DNA from: Guillardia theta CCMP2712
Taxonomy: Eukaryota > Protista > Cryptophyta
Assembly: GCF_000315625.1 (NCBI RefSeq)
Contig: NW_005434636.1
Location: forward strand, 141,777 to 205,776
DNA length: 64,000 nucleotides
Direction: 5' to 3'
Part shown: piece after piece, positions 1 to 17,143 of the stretch
How the letters are laid out: each line of letters opens with the position of its first letter
Position numbering within the stretch: the first letter of the stretch is position 1
Made by a program: the position numbers and the translations under genes
The notes under the pieces: generated by a model
Database searches by the model: none
The model's input: only the letters and a program-made list of their open reading frames with translations
Told to the model about the DNA's origin: nothing

Positions 1-4610
<4,610 letters not shown>

Positions 4611-4776
4611 GAAGATCCAAGTTTCCTCCTGGGGAGAAGTCAGAGAGAAAAGTGAAAGAGGATCGAAGAAGACAACAACGAGGATCTACCTCGAGACAAA
4701 GGGCTCCTGATTGTTGCTGAAGGCAGGACAATAGAAGAAAGGAGAGAAGGGAAGAATGTAAGGTTGTATCTCCTTC

Positions 4777-7195
4777 TCAATGTTTAGATGTATATACCTC
4801 TCGCAGATGTTTGCACGTATGAAGTGTGATGTCTTTGTAAATTAGAAACAGATCGATCTCGTGGACTATCATACTTGAGCCGAGGCGTTGTATTCGACCT
4901 GAGGGAATCATCATTATCATCATCATCACCACGACCACCATCACCACCACCACCATCACCATCATTATCACCACCACCACCATCACCATCATTATCACCA
5001 CCACCACCATCACCATCATTATCACCACCACCACCACCATCATTATCACCACCACCACCTCCTCCTCCTCCTCCTCCTCTTCCTTTCTCTCTATCATCAT
5101 CGCCATCAGCATCATCAACAGATACTTCATCACTTCTTCAACTCAAAGCGAAAGAATTCGGATCATCCAAACCTGAGGTTATCTCGATTCGAGCTTTTGC
5201 TCCTGGAACACGTCGAGATGTGACGTCTTGCGTCTGACTGGAAACAAGTCAGGACTAGACACTCGTCATTACTTCTCACAGAAGGAAAAATCCTGTGGCA
5301 GTGAGGGCAGCCGACGTTTGCAGAAGATGGAGAAATGAGAGAACGAGTCTGATGTCTTGAAAGTTGAAAGCTCTTTGATGAGAAACAAGTTCAGGAGTTT
5401 GGAGCACAGAATGTAGCGGAATGCAACATGTCAACAACGATTGAATAATACAACATGTCAACGAGGTTGTTGATCTACAAAGACTGACCCTGGCAGCTCT
5501 CAAACCATCGCGGAGTTCCTTGCATTTTTGTCGCCAAGACGTGTAAGTTCCTTCAATCGAGAGATAAGGAAATGAGAACATGAGAACAACACATTAGACT
5601 AACTCTGAGATGTTTTGATGGGTGACGCAAATTCTTCCAACGAGCGAAAACTGTCAAAACGATTATCGTTGCTGTCTTCTTCCTCCACAATTTCATCATC
5701 ATCAAGAACAACAATAATCTCACTATCGCCGCCACCACCACTGCTTTCAATATCTCCTCCTCTTTCGTCCTCCTCGTACTTCCCAAACCCGTGCCCCTTT
5801 GACGACAATCTCCTCATTTTCATTTTCATCTCAACCTTTCTCTCGCTTTCGTAGGGGTCGATTTCGTCCTTATTGATTTTGTGTCACAGATACCTTAAAA
5901 ATCGATCAGAGAGAGAGAGAGAGAGAGAGAGGGAGGGAGAGAGAGAGAGAGGAGAGGGAGAGAGAGAGAGGAGAGAGGAGAGAGGAGAGAGGAGAGAGGA
6001 GAGAGGAGAGAGGAGAGAGGAGAGAGGAGAGAGGGAGGGAGGGAGAGAGAGAGAGAAGAGAGAGGAGAAAGAGGAGAGGAGAGGGAGGGAGGGAGGGAGG
6101 GAGGGAGGGAGAGGAAGAGCGAGAGGTCACAACATGTATTGACGAGCATCACCTTTCATTCTTTGCTTCGCACTGTTAAATACTCCTCTCTTTCTCTGCC
6201 CTCTTTGAGTCTTCTCACAGATCTTCATGTGCACAGAGATTCTTCCGCACTGTTACTCTCCCCCCGTCATTGTCAGAAATCACCTGTCGATTGCAAAATT
6301 CCTTCCGCAAAATCTGCACGCCATTCTCCCATCAGATGTGCTGCCCAGCAAAGCATCGTGATGATGATGGTGCTGAGCAGCAAAGTCGGAGACAACCTGC
6401 ACAGCTCCTTCAGTCTTTCATCACAAGATTCCAAACTTGTCAAGTCACGTCATCGTGTGTTCTCCAGCGTGGCAGTTCATCTTGGGGTTTGAGAACCCTC
6501 GAGCTTCTGACCGATACCCCTGACAACCAAGTCAACAAAGTGAAATCCACATGGCAAAGGAGGAGGAAGAGCAGGGAGGAGGAGCAGGAATAAGTAGCGC
6601 GAGCAAGAGCGAAAGCTACAGCGAAAGGAGGGAAAGGATGATCACTTGAAAGGTCGCAGCTCCAGCATGATGGGGAATAGGAATAAGAGGGAGAAAGGAG
6701 CAGGAACAGAAGCAGGAGGAGACAGTGAGAGCTGTAGTGGGGGGGTGGGGGGGGTAGGGGGTAAGGCAAAGCACCCTGATCACGGACGGATTGAGCAGTT
6801 TTCAGTCTCGCACAACGTGACATGTGCGAGCGCAACTCTCGCTGCGGAAACTGGCGTAGAAGGAACATGTCACAAACCAAGGGAAAGGTGAACATGAGGA
6901 AAAACCTCTCTGTCGCAGCCGGGGCATGGAATTGGGATCTGCAAGGGACGTCTGTCAAGAGATACCAGCGCAATTCGCGTCGGAAGAACATTGACGATGA
7001 GGGTTCATGTTGTTGGGGTCGTCGGTAGCGCTCATGATTTCAAGCTCACCGCATCTGTCTTCAGCCGGCATTGTTTTACGTGAAAAGGAAGCGACGCCTT
7101 TGATCATTGTCAGCAATCTCAGAACAAACTCTCGTCCGCACCTTGAAGAACTGCTGTCCGCACATGGTGCACGTGACTGAGCGAGGAGGCGGCAT
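4777..7195 (-). CDS. C2HC-type zinc-finger protein, multi-exon
   Basis: ATG at 7195 gives MPPPRSVTCTMCGQQFFK|ASLPFHVKQC and a second finger IPCPGCDRE|FPQRELRSHMSRC, both split by short introns. A low-complexity C-terminal part follows, with last exon ...LREVYTSKH*. Confidence 0.65.
4940..5055. repeat. 24-bp minisatellite (CACCACCACCATCACCATCATTAT-like) in an intron
   Basis: About 4 tandem copies visible. Confidence 0.85.
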
Positions 7196-8262
7196 GCTCA
7201 CGTTGTCTGCTTCCCTTGAAGACGAAAAGTCACATCATCCTTATCCCGATGTCAATACAGATTGAGCCTGCCAAGTACGTGCGTTCATGTTCGGAAAAAT
7301 TCCTTCTCATGAACCCGATACTGACATCTTCACACTCTCCCTCTGTGACCTTCCTTCCTTGGCTCTCTTCTCGTATCTCCTCTTGGTCACTCCTCTCTCT
7401 CTCTCCTTCTCTCTCTTCCTCCTCCTCTCATTCCCCCTCACGTCTAGCCTCCTCTCCCGTATTCTTTTGTGCTAGCATTGGTCTCCCATCTTCCCCAGGA
7501 GTCTAATAAGTGCTTTGTACTGGTTGTATTAAAATTGGGGAATCATTACTGGATCAGCAAAGAAACGTTAATATTTATAAATTTTATTGAATTATTAAGT
7601 AAACTATTGGATCATTCAATTTATAAAAGGATGTAATAGTACAAAATAATTTAAATAGTTTTACATTTAAAACATTCCTGCTTTTAAAACTACCCTAAAC
7701 TTTCCAGTGCGGCCCAATTCAAGCAAATTTTTGACAGATATGAAAATATTGTCAGTCTCTATTTCAATTTTTCGTATACAGAATTTCAAAAACAGTTGGA
7801 AAATTGAGCACCCTCGAGACAAGCGGTATTGGCAAGGCTCGAGCGGTGATGGCAGCGGCGGCAACTACGGCCAAGATATGGGAGACAGCGAGGAGGAGGG
7901 AAGAAAGTTGTTGCATGAATCGATGTTGAAACAATGATATGAGCTAGCACTGTAGGAATCCTACGGCAATGCAACCAAAGCAATGGAGATTTTTCATGTT
8001 TCTCAAAGTTAGAAAACAGAAAGATTTCTTTTGGTTGAGATTGAGACGTTGGCCTTCGCGGCTACAAGCATAGATCTGAACATATCTTCATTATGGTGAA
8101 GGTCTGAGTATGTTTGATATCCAGTGTAGCAGACATGGAGTTAGTTGGTGGAGGAGCAAATACGTTGTGCGACTTAATCATCCGGAAACTGACCAAGAGT
8201 TTCAGTTCTGTGAACATCGAACTTGCCTCCTCCTTGGTGAATTGCTGTAGAATATCATCAGT

Positions 8263-10195
8263 ATGGAGCACCAGGAGCTACAAAACAAGGTGGGACCTGA
8301 CTCAAGATTGAGCCGCTCCTATATCTTGTGATGCTCCTTTTTGCTAGCTTGCTGCGTATCAGCAGAACTTGGCCGCTCTTGAAGTTCAGATTAAGGTGTT
8401 CATGCTGCCTGTTGACGTGTATCAGCGCATGACACGATCTTGATGTAGAATGATCCTACGAACGAGCAGTTGATCTCTCTCAGGTAACCAGCAACGGCCC
8501 ATATCCTGCCATGGCGTTTGATCCGGCTGCAGAAACAATATCCGTGAGTACATCGAACTGACGAAAGATCTACTGGGGATCGGTGAGACTGCTAACGAGA
8601 CAACTTATTCTTCATCATGGATGAATCAGCCCACTGAAGGACTGACATCAAAGTATTCTCTCTCCGTGCTCATTCTGTCTTCTGACTTCCCTCGCCTGAC
8701 AGAAATGTAGCCGGGAAAGAGGTAGCAGTCGGTCAGTACGTATCTGTCTTCGCCCCCCAATACCAGACGTATGTAAATGCGATCGTCACGGAAGCAAAGC
8801 CTGGCACAGCCACAGTCACAGTAACACTTCTCGGATATGGACAAGCATTGGAGGTTGGTTGTGGACCTCGTTTGTGGGCTTGTTGGAGTTGGAGATGAAT
8901 GTTGAAGTGGATGAATGGTGTTGCTGATTCGTGGGACACAACATAGAAACCTCTCTGATCTCGTAATGATTATTTCTTCGTTGGAATTGAAACCGTACTT
9001 CAGGTTCAAATTCCCTCCATCAGACAGGCTGAGTTTTGCAGGCCATCAGATCTTCAGGTTTAGTTGATTGGAAGTTTTGTTTGGGTCGAAATTGAATTCA
9101 TTGTGAAAAGGTTGGGATGATGGTTGAAGGAATTTATTCAGCAGATGGATATTGGTATACAGCGAGGATCGATCAGGTTCAACCAGACGGAAAGTAATCA
9201 GCGCCTGCAGTTTTCAGGATTCGCAGATTGACTTTGAGACAGGTACTTTGTTACTTACACGGACTATGGGAATAGTGAAAGCATAGACATCCGTCATATT
9301 CGCATAAACCCAGCATTGCTTGGACAGGTAACTTTTTACTGTGTGATTTCCTTAAGATATTTCTTAATCCTAAACTCAAAATTAGGTTGATCAAGATGAC
9401 GATGACGGTACATCCATTTTGTTTTCTCGTATTCTGTTTTTTTTTCAAATTCAATTCTCAGCTAAGGGCAAAGGGAAGGCAAACGACAAGAAAAGAAAGT
9501 CTACTGATGATCCAACTGATGATCCGGCGTTGGTGAATATCCATCCCGCCCGTAGGGCCCGCTGACTTTTCTGTGTAGGCTGATTTTGTCATCCCGGAAA
9601 AATTAAAGATCAGACCCATGGATACAGAGGATGTAAGACTAGATGACGTGTAAGTTTATCGAAAGCTAAAGTCTTCAACAGGTCAAAGCACAAAAGCGCA
9701 AGAAGATTCATGCTCTGAAATCAGCGCATCGTATGAAGAAGGTCAAATCAGCTACCCATATCCTGCTCGAGGTTGAATAGTTTGTAGAGCGAAGCAGAAA
9801 AGAACCAAAAGGCCCAATCATGGACCAACTTTGCTCAGAAAGCGGTACTTGAGAATAATCTTGTCCCTCACTGCATTTATTGATCCGAAATTTCCGCCAG
9901 GGATCATCCAAGTCAAAGCTCAAAGGCTTCATGAGCACAACGAAGAAGGAGAGCATTTTTAAGACTACGGAGGAGGGAAAGGTGAGAAACAACGAGCTCT
10001 TAGGCGAGACTCCTGACTCCATTGCGATGAAACAGGTTGGCGTCACGGGAAGTGGAAAGGGGATCACAAATTGGCAGCAGCTAGACATTCATTCGGTAAG
10101 GCCTAAGTATCTTTCCCTCCTCATGAGGGATGATCTGACGACTGTACAAGGTCAAGAAGGCGCAAAACCTCGCAACAAGGACCGAGGAAGACTGA
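8263..10195 (+). CDS. SMNDC1: Survival of motor neuron-related splicing factor 30 (Tudor domain)
   Basis: Spliced product MEHQELQNK|LAAYQQNLAALEVQIK|NDPTNEQLISLR|NNIREYIELTKDLL. Tudor motifs DGYWYTARID and VTYTDYGNSESI. C-terminal FVIPEKLKI..., KKESIFKTTEEGK|VGVTGSGKGITNW are diagnostic of SPF30. Possible extra upstream exons from ~7850. Confidence 0.9.
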
Positions 10196-10454
10196 ACGTG
10201 ATGGCTATCTCGGCCGTTGAGTCTCCTTCTTCTTCGATCTGCCTCCTTCAACCTGCGAAACTTGGTTTGCAAACTCTTGTCTACTATGATTCCATTGTTC
10301 TAAGATACTTCAGTCTGACTTAATAAAACTCCCTAAGGGACCGGAACGTTGGCACGCTGCCGGCAGCGGGTGGAAGGCCTTGCCTGACATGTTGAATTTA
10401 TTCAATTTGATTGTACAAAGAATACTCAAGAGAAAGAATAACACAGCTGGAGGC

Positions 10455-12844
10455 TCAGCTGGGCGGAGAGAATCGAATCTGAGGACGAGTGAAGGTTGGC
10501 AGGATGAAGGCTGAAGCCTGTGACTCTCGTGTTGTCTGCAGGGATCGGTCAGCTCAAGACTCTGCTGGGGAGGAGCACGAGGAAGGGGTACCTCGGAGCC
10601 AACTTCAACCCGTCTTGCCTCCTCGGCGGCCTGCCATTTCGATCACAGAGCGTATAGACAGAGGGAAGTGGTCCAACCTGGATCAGACTCTTGCGTCGGG
10701 CAATCTGAGATCGCAACAGAGCCTGTACACAAGTTGAGATTCCTTGCACCTTCCTCGCTCCTGCATCACCTCAACTTGTATGGCCCCCGACATCATGTTG
10801 TTCCAGTCCTCTTCGCTGGGAGCATCGATTGGCTGTGTCAACATCATGATCAGGGAGGGCAGGGGGAGGTGAACAAGATCGCACACCTCCGAGTCGTGCT
10901 GATCCAAGAAACCTCTCTTCTGCAGCACCCTTACCACCTTCTGGACCGATTCCGAACTGCAAGCCTCGTCAGTCTCAGCAAGAAGATTACAGGGAGCGAT
11001 TGTACCCTTTGCAGACAAGGCTGTTGACGCTCGACAGCTTGATGCTGCTCGAGTGGATCTCGTTCTGAAACTTCATCTTCTGGTCGATGATCAAGAAAAA
11101 CTTGTTCCCACGATGAGCCTCAACACAGTGCATGACCATAGCGAGCAGTTTGATGTTCTGATCTCTCCTCATCCACTCATCGCTGACTAGCGCGATGAAG
11201 ATCCTACAACCGGCAACACTCTGCATGGCCCTCATCTGTGCCTCCCGCTCCAGCGCGTCCTCTTCCGACGGGAGCAGCAGCGCTGCAAAGTCAAGTCTCG
11301 TGTACTCCTCGAAGATGGCGTTAGCCAACACTTGCCCAAAAATCCCGTCAGAGCTGGGGTCATAGGATATGATCACATCCATGCTCTCATCCGTCGATTC
11401 GACATCCCAGAACTCAGTGAAGGCCAGGGCATCCCCTGCCATCTCCTCGATCCCCTCCACTAGATCTCGCGCTACGAACTCCTTCCCACCCGTCAGCACG
11501 GCATCGAGAACTCCCGAGGTCCCTTGTAAATCCGTAGGTTTCGATGGATCGTGGTTCCAGGATATTCTCTTTTCCCCCCTTGCAGAATGAATGATAGATT
11601 CTGCCCTCGACTTCATCTTTGGAAGCATGTGTTTGATACAGAGCAAGGAAACCAAGACAAAGAACAACTATCAGACCAGCGTTAGCTACAGACTCACAAA
11701 ACAACTTCCGTACCAGAAGCAGCAGGATAACCATCCAATCCAAGGCAATTCGATCATCCTTCTCAAGAGCTCTGTCGAGCTTCGGGTGATAGTTCACCAA
11801 GAAAGACGGCGCACTGCTGCTGGGATCCGTTTGAGTGATCGTTCGGTTCTCGGACGACGTTGCATCGATCTCCTTCAGGAGCAGATGCTTCCTCAACTTT
11901 GCCCGCTGCAGATGTTCAGCAGCCCGCGCTTTCGCTTGCGAACCCCACTCAGGAGGTGTTCCGCCTGTCGTCCCCTGCACCATTCCTGGCTTGAGATATC
12001 CCAGGTTTCTTGCTGAACGGAGGACGTTTTGCAGTCTTTGCTGGTTGGGGTCCGGGCTCGCCACCGCACTGATAGCTGAGCGAAAAAGAACGTCTTGCAA
12101 CCCCTTCGGCAGTGCGACGAGCAACTCGGGGGAAGAAGCTCCTAACACATTCTGCAGGATCTTCATGGCCGCCATCACCCTTTGGGCTTGAGCCTGTGGC
12201 ACTTCAGGGGAGGACAAGAGAGCAAAGCGACAAGTGACTCACCTCTGATTGCCGCCAGTCAAACGCAGGCTGGTTCGACTTGCGGTATTCCTCTAGAAGC
12301 TGCTTCGCCATCTGAGGGTTGTTGTTGATCATGGCAGCTTGCGCAGCCTGCAGCAAAAAACTCAACATGTCGCCACCATCGAGTCTAGCAAGCTCTCACC
12401 ATCCCCTGATTGAAAGACATTGGGAGCCTTGGATCCCTTTGCCTCACAAACTTTGTGAGTGAAGGATATCCCTCCAAGGAGTCCACCATCGCCGTGTCTA
12501 TCCCCTTTGTGCTGCCCTTTCGCATTTGGGCCATCAGAACCAGGAAAAACAAGGCAAGAGCAGCAGAGGCCAAGTAGATCAAGGTTCTGTTGAGATTCAT
12601 CCTCTCTGTCGCGCTTGTGTGTAACAAACACAATCAATCTCAATACGACCTTCCTCCCTACCGAGCCCAATCTCCCAGTTCCATCTCCATGTCAGGTTGA
12701 CAGTAGTCCGGGTTGAGAGATGGCTGTATCAGATGTGGCAAGACACAACACCAACAGCTCCTAGACTAAGTGTGTTTCATGCTCATCTCGGATTCTGTGC
12801 ATCAATGTTCGAACTTCATCTCCTTTTCGTCCGCCCGATGCCAT
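10455..12844 (-). CDS. Two-TM membrane protein with a cytosolic TIR-like domain and an IQ-like motif, multi-exon
   Basis: MASGGRKG... start. TM1 LIYLASAALALFFLVLM; TM2 WMVILLL|LFFVLVSLLCI. TIR-like segment DVIISYD..FGQVLANAI..SVAGCRIFIALVSDEWMR at ~11030-11382. IQ-like GAIQVE|ALLRSQIARRK. Stop after ...IRFSPPS. Confidence 0.65.
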
Positions 12845-13280
12845 GGCCGTCGCCTAGATTCATGCCATGGATCTATTTCCGGGGAGCGCCGGATCGAGTT
12901 GGCTTAATAATTTAATGTTTTGAGTTAAAATGTGAAAAATATCAGTTCATAATTGAAATTTGCCAATTAAATTCTGAAGTTCTTATAGAATGTGATGCCA
13001 ACCTCAAAATCACGCTCCAGCGGTCCGAATTATGGGAAGTTGGCAACTTTCACAAGTTGAAAGTTTCAAACTTGCAAGTCATTGTCGGCATGGGACGGAT
13101 CGCTATGGGAGTCAGGGAGACGAAGGAGAGAAGAAGACAGGATGTGGAAGGCAAGGGCGCGATGAGAGGAGACACCACTGATCGAAGCAAGGGACGGCTG
13201 AAGGATACATTCATGTGTACTCAGTCAAAGACTCGTGTTCTTGATCCTAACAGGTATCATTGAAGAGCATCGATCAGCAA

Positions 13281-16200
13281 ATGAAGAAGACGGGCCTTAT
13301 GCTGAAGCTGTTTCTTGTGTTGATGCTTCGAGGGGCATGTAAGGAAGGAGTGGAGGCAGAATTCGAGGACTGGGTTTCGCAGATCCTGCCTTGTCATGCA
13401 CGTTTGCAACAAGCGACGATGCCAAGATCCGATGGCGTGTGCTCTGAGGGGATTCTCATGTTGAGAGGAATGGGGCATGGTCGGTCGTCAAGATTGATGC
13501 TGAGAGGAGGAGCAGACAACACTCAGGTGTATGGTAGTAACACAGGCAAGGAACGATGTTGACTTTGTCTTGTGAAGAGTTCCGAATGGAAAATGTACAT
13601 GTCGCGGTCACTCAAGAAGCCATACTGGGTGAGTCTTGAGACTTCCGTCGCTGCGCCTGACCAGCATCGACAGGTCAACGTCAGGACTGGAATCACCACC
13701 TGGCAACAGCCAGCGGTGTCGGCTCCTCCGATGCCACGGCCTGCCATGGCGTCCCCTGCCCCGCGCCCACAAGTTGGAGAAGAAGTTTCAAGGAAGCGAC
13801 TCAAGCAGGAAGTCTCCTCAGAATCGCCAAGACCGGCCGATGGTGCCGAGACGAACAAGTGGGAGAACAGGACGAGAGAGCTGGCAAAGAGACTGTCGGA
13901 CTCGCTGGTTTCAATGATGTCTTCGAGGGATGCTCCTATGGGTCAAAATGGAAGCGTGACACTCAAATCCTTCTTTGACGCGAAGATACAGAGACTGAAC
14001 GAGAGTCTGATATCAGAGCAGGTCGATGACGGGGCCCGAGACGAAATCATGTACAAGATGCAATGGTTTCGGAGTGTACAGCAGCTGCTGAGTGAGGATT
14101 TTGTTGATGGCTTCAACCCCCCTGCGCCGACAACCAGGCGCGAGAAAATCAGGCAGTTTTTCGAGCGAGACATGGCAGCAACCTTGCAAACCATCCCGAG
14201 TTCAATTGGTCTGAACAAGATCAAAGAGGTACGGCTGCAGCACTGGCCTGCATCATGAATGATCTCACTTGTTAAAACAGACGGATTGGGTTGTTCGATA
14301 CTCCAGATCACAGAACAAAGAGTACTGGGTGAACCGACTGACTGGACAGACCAGTTGGACTCCTCCTCAACTCCCGAATTTCACTCCTCTCGAAGAGTTC
14401 TACATAGATCAGATGAGGTAAGACAGGGCTTGCCCGACTTGTCCTGAGGGAACCTGATGATGACTCCTTGATGGCTGTGTCTGTGACTAATCGGTGATGA
14501 CTTTAATCTTTGGCCGATCATCTAGAAATGTTTTTGTGTCTCATGTCTTTTCCGTTGTTTGTCTGCCCTCAGACCTTGTCTTCGATGAAGTTCTGCGTCC
14601 TTCTACTGACATTCGCGGCGCAGCGAGCTGAATCAGACGCTGTGGAAGTCCTGGGACCATGAAGGGGAACAGTCAGAAACACAGCACGAGCCTCCGATGA
14701 GCGCAGCAGAAATCCCAACGGACCTCACAAGCTTCCTCTCCGGTGGCATTCTTGGCTCTCAGGTGATGAGCTGTGAAGTGTTTGTGCCGCCTCCTCTTCA
14801 TAGAGGCGCCTGATTTTGTGACAGGGTGCAGCGGTCGATGACTACAGAGATGAGGACTTGGAGGAGATTCTCGCTGAGTTTGGTTTCAGGGTGAGAGACG
14901 GTGAGGGAGTGCGAGAGTTTGTTTGTCTTCAGGTACTCACTGCACATGTGAAGGTGACGAGTTCCCCAAGGTCCTTGGCCTCAAGGTCAGACATCGAGTG
15001 AGAGAGTCTCCGTCGATAACTGTTGGGCAGGACTTTGACGAAGTCTGCAATGAGACCTTTTCAATGCTTGGAAACTTGAGCGAGGTTCCTGGCGCAAAAG
15101 ACTTCGTCACTGCAGCAAGGAGACTGCTGGAGAAGAAAGAAAACAGCTCAGGTGCCTTGCCCAGCACCCGAACTCCTCTAAGACTCTCTGCAGCCCCGTT
15201 GCAGAACTTGAGAGAGAGCCTTGAACAAGACAACCTGACTCTCAATGAGTTTCTTCAAGAGGTACAACGAGACACCTCAAGCTCAGGACATGCGCTGTCC
15301 AAGGTGGCGGAGGAGGCTTGCATCCAGTCGCTCAACGACCTTCCTCTGCGACTCGACCATGAGACTCTGAGCGCCTCGGAGCGCGTCATGATGTGGAAGA
15401 CCATGGCGAGGAGCAACTGCACTCTGTGGGGGAGGATGGACTTAAACCTGAGCACGAGCCTGCAACGCCCCAAGCTGATCCCCCAAGACTTTCCCAGCTT
15501 GTCTCTGGCCTTAGGTTTTTTCCTGCTCGATGACAGCTGGGGGGCTGAACGCTCATGCTCTCTGCAGGACTGCTCCTCCACACCAACCGCACCCTCTTCC
15601 TTCACGCCTCGGAGGTGCAAGGATGTGGACTGTGGCCAGACAGCTGCAAGGAGCAGATGGTCGTCCCCAAAGGCTCCTCCCTCTACTTCACCTCTGACAG
15701 GGTCTCCATGCCTGCATGCGACCTGTGCGGTCTGCTCCTGATGCTGCTCCAGGAGCTCGATCACCACTGGTACATGGAGGAGAACAGCAGCGGAGTGATG
15801 CTGGGCTTGAAGAGTCTGCGGGAGGAGGAGGACGATTTGGACTCCCCATCGTTCTGCATCCAGGGTAAAGGATGGAAGTTCGAGAGCTGCTCCTTGCAGA
15901 GTGAGAACGGGACCGTCATTATGGCAGAGCTTGAGGTTCCTGACATGGGGGATGCGTGAAGCTCAGGGTTGTCAACAGGCTGAAGTTTCAGTGATCCGCA
16001 GCTCCATCGGAGGCTCGGGGACTTCAGAAAGGGCTGGAGATCTAGGAGCAGGCATGTGCTCGAATGCGATCCAAGCTTTCGAGAAAAGCCGGTCTGTCTC
16101 CTCCTCCTCCTCCTCCTCCTCCTCCTCCTCCTCCTCCTCCTCCTTCTCCTCCTTCTCCTCCTCCTCCTTCTCCTCCTCCTTCCTTTGCTGCTACCTCTAC

Positions 16201-17086
16201 TCATCCTCTCTTGAACAAGCTTCCTTCCTCCCTGCTTTCCTCGCTTGGGGCGACTGCCGCTCTGTTCATCTCTCTCTTCATGCTCCCCTGCTAAAGAGAT
16301 CGTGACAGGATCAATGTAACTGAGAGTAATGTGAGCCACGTCCTGTTCGCCGCATGTCGATTTCTTCATCATACGCAAGGAAGCATCATGAGGTCTCCTC
16401 CTCCCCCCTCTTCCCCCCTCTTCCCCCCTCCCTCCCTCCTTGTCGGCCTCAATCTGTGCCATGTGACAGCACGTCAGATGTCGCTTGGAAAAGTGTGGTG
16501 TGGCTCTGTGGCTCAACAACTTTGCGCACGTTGACGTCACTGAATCCTCTCTCACCCCGCACGGCGAGGAAGGAGCTTCTATCTTCTTCCCAGGGAAGGA
16601 GTGCGAGTGCGGTTCCCACGACGAGCTTTCAACCAGCAACCAACAGGAACTTCTCTTTCACTTCTGCTTCCGCTCTCACGCCTTCAGCTTTTCATCTTCA
16701 TCTATCATCACCGCTGCTGCTGTCTTCTCCTCTTCTGCCCTCTGCTTCCCTGCATGCCTCATGCCTTCTCCTCTTCTGCCCTCTGCTTCCCTGCATGCCT
16801 CATGCCTTCTCATTTCCATCCTTCCCCTACCTTCTCCTTCCCAATCTCCCGACATCCTGCAGTCCTCCTCCCGCTCTTCCTCCCTCACTGACGTCTCATT
16901 CTTCAGTGTGAGCTTGTCATGCGATCTTGCCGAGTTTCCCGTCCCGTTTGGCTTCCTCAGGACTATCAAGGTGAAGCATCTGCCCTCAAGCAACACCTCT
17001 CAACCGCTCCAGGTGGGGAGCTGCCGGAGACGTGCCCGTACCAAAAGGGATGGAGGCTGGAAACAGAAAACTTACAAGTAGTTTGA
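13281..17086 (+). CDS. Signal peptide + LRGG leader + WW domain + C-terminal right-handed beta-helix (pectin-lyase-like) protein
   Basis: MKKTGLMLKLFLVLMLRGAC...RLMLRGG leader. WW domain EWKMYMSRSLKKPYW|VNVRTGITTWQQP (45-nt intron 13629-13673). LIPQDFPSLSLAL cap followed by beta-helix-like repeats (WKFESCSL, INVTESNV, VDVTESSL). Last exon ...ETENLQVV*. Confidence 0.6.
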
Positions 17087-17143
17087 ATTCAAATTCATTT
17101 AAGGAGAGTGCGGCAAATCAGGGCCATTTGACACTCCCTCTAT

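Noticed and set aside
7849-8210. Possible small gene or extra exons upstream of SPF30
   Set aside because: Splice-like sites are present but no consistent frame or recognisable product could be built.
16724-16812. ~41-bp direct duplication
   Set aside because: Local slippage inside an intron; no element termini.
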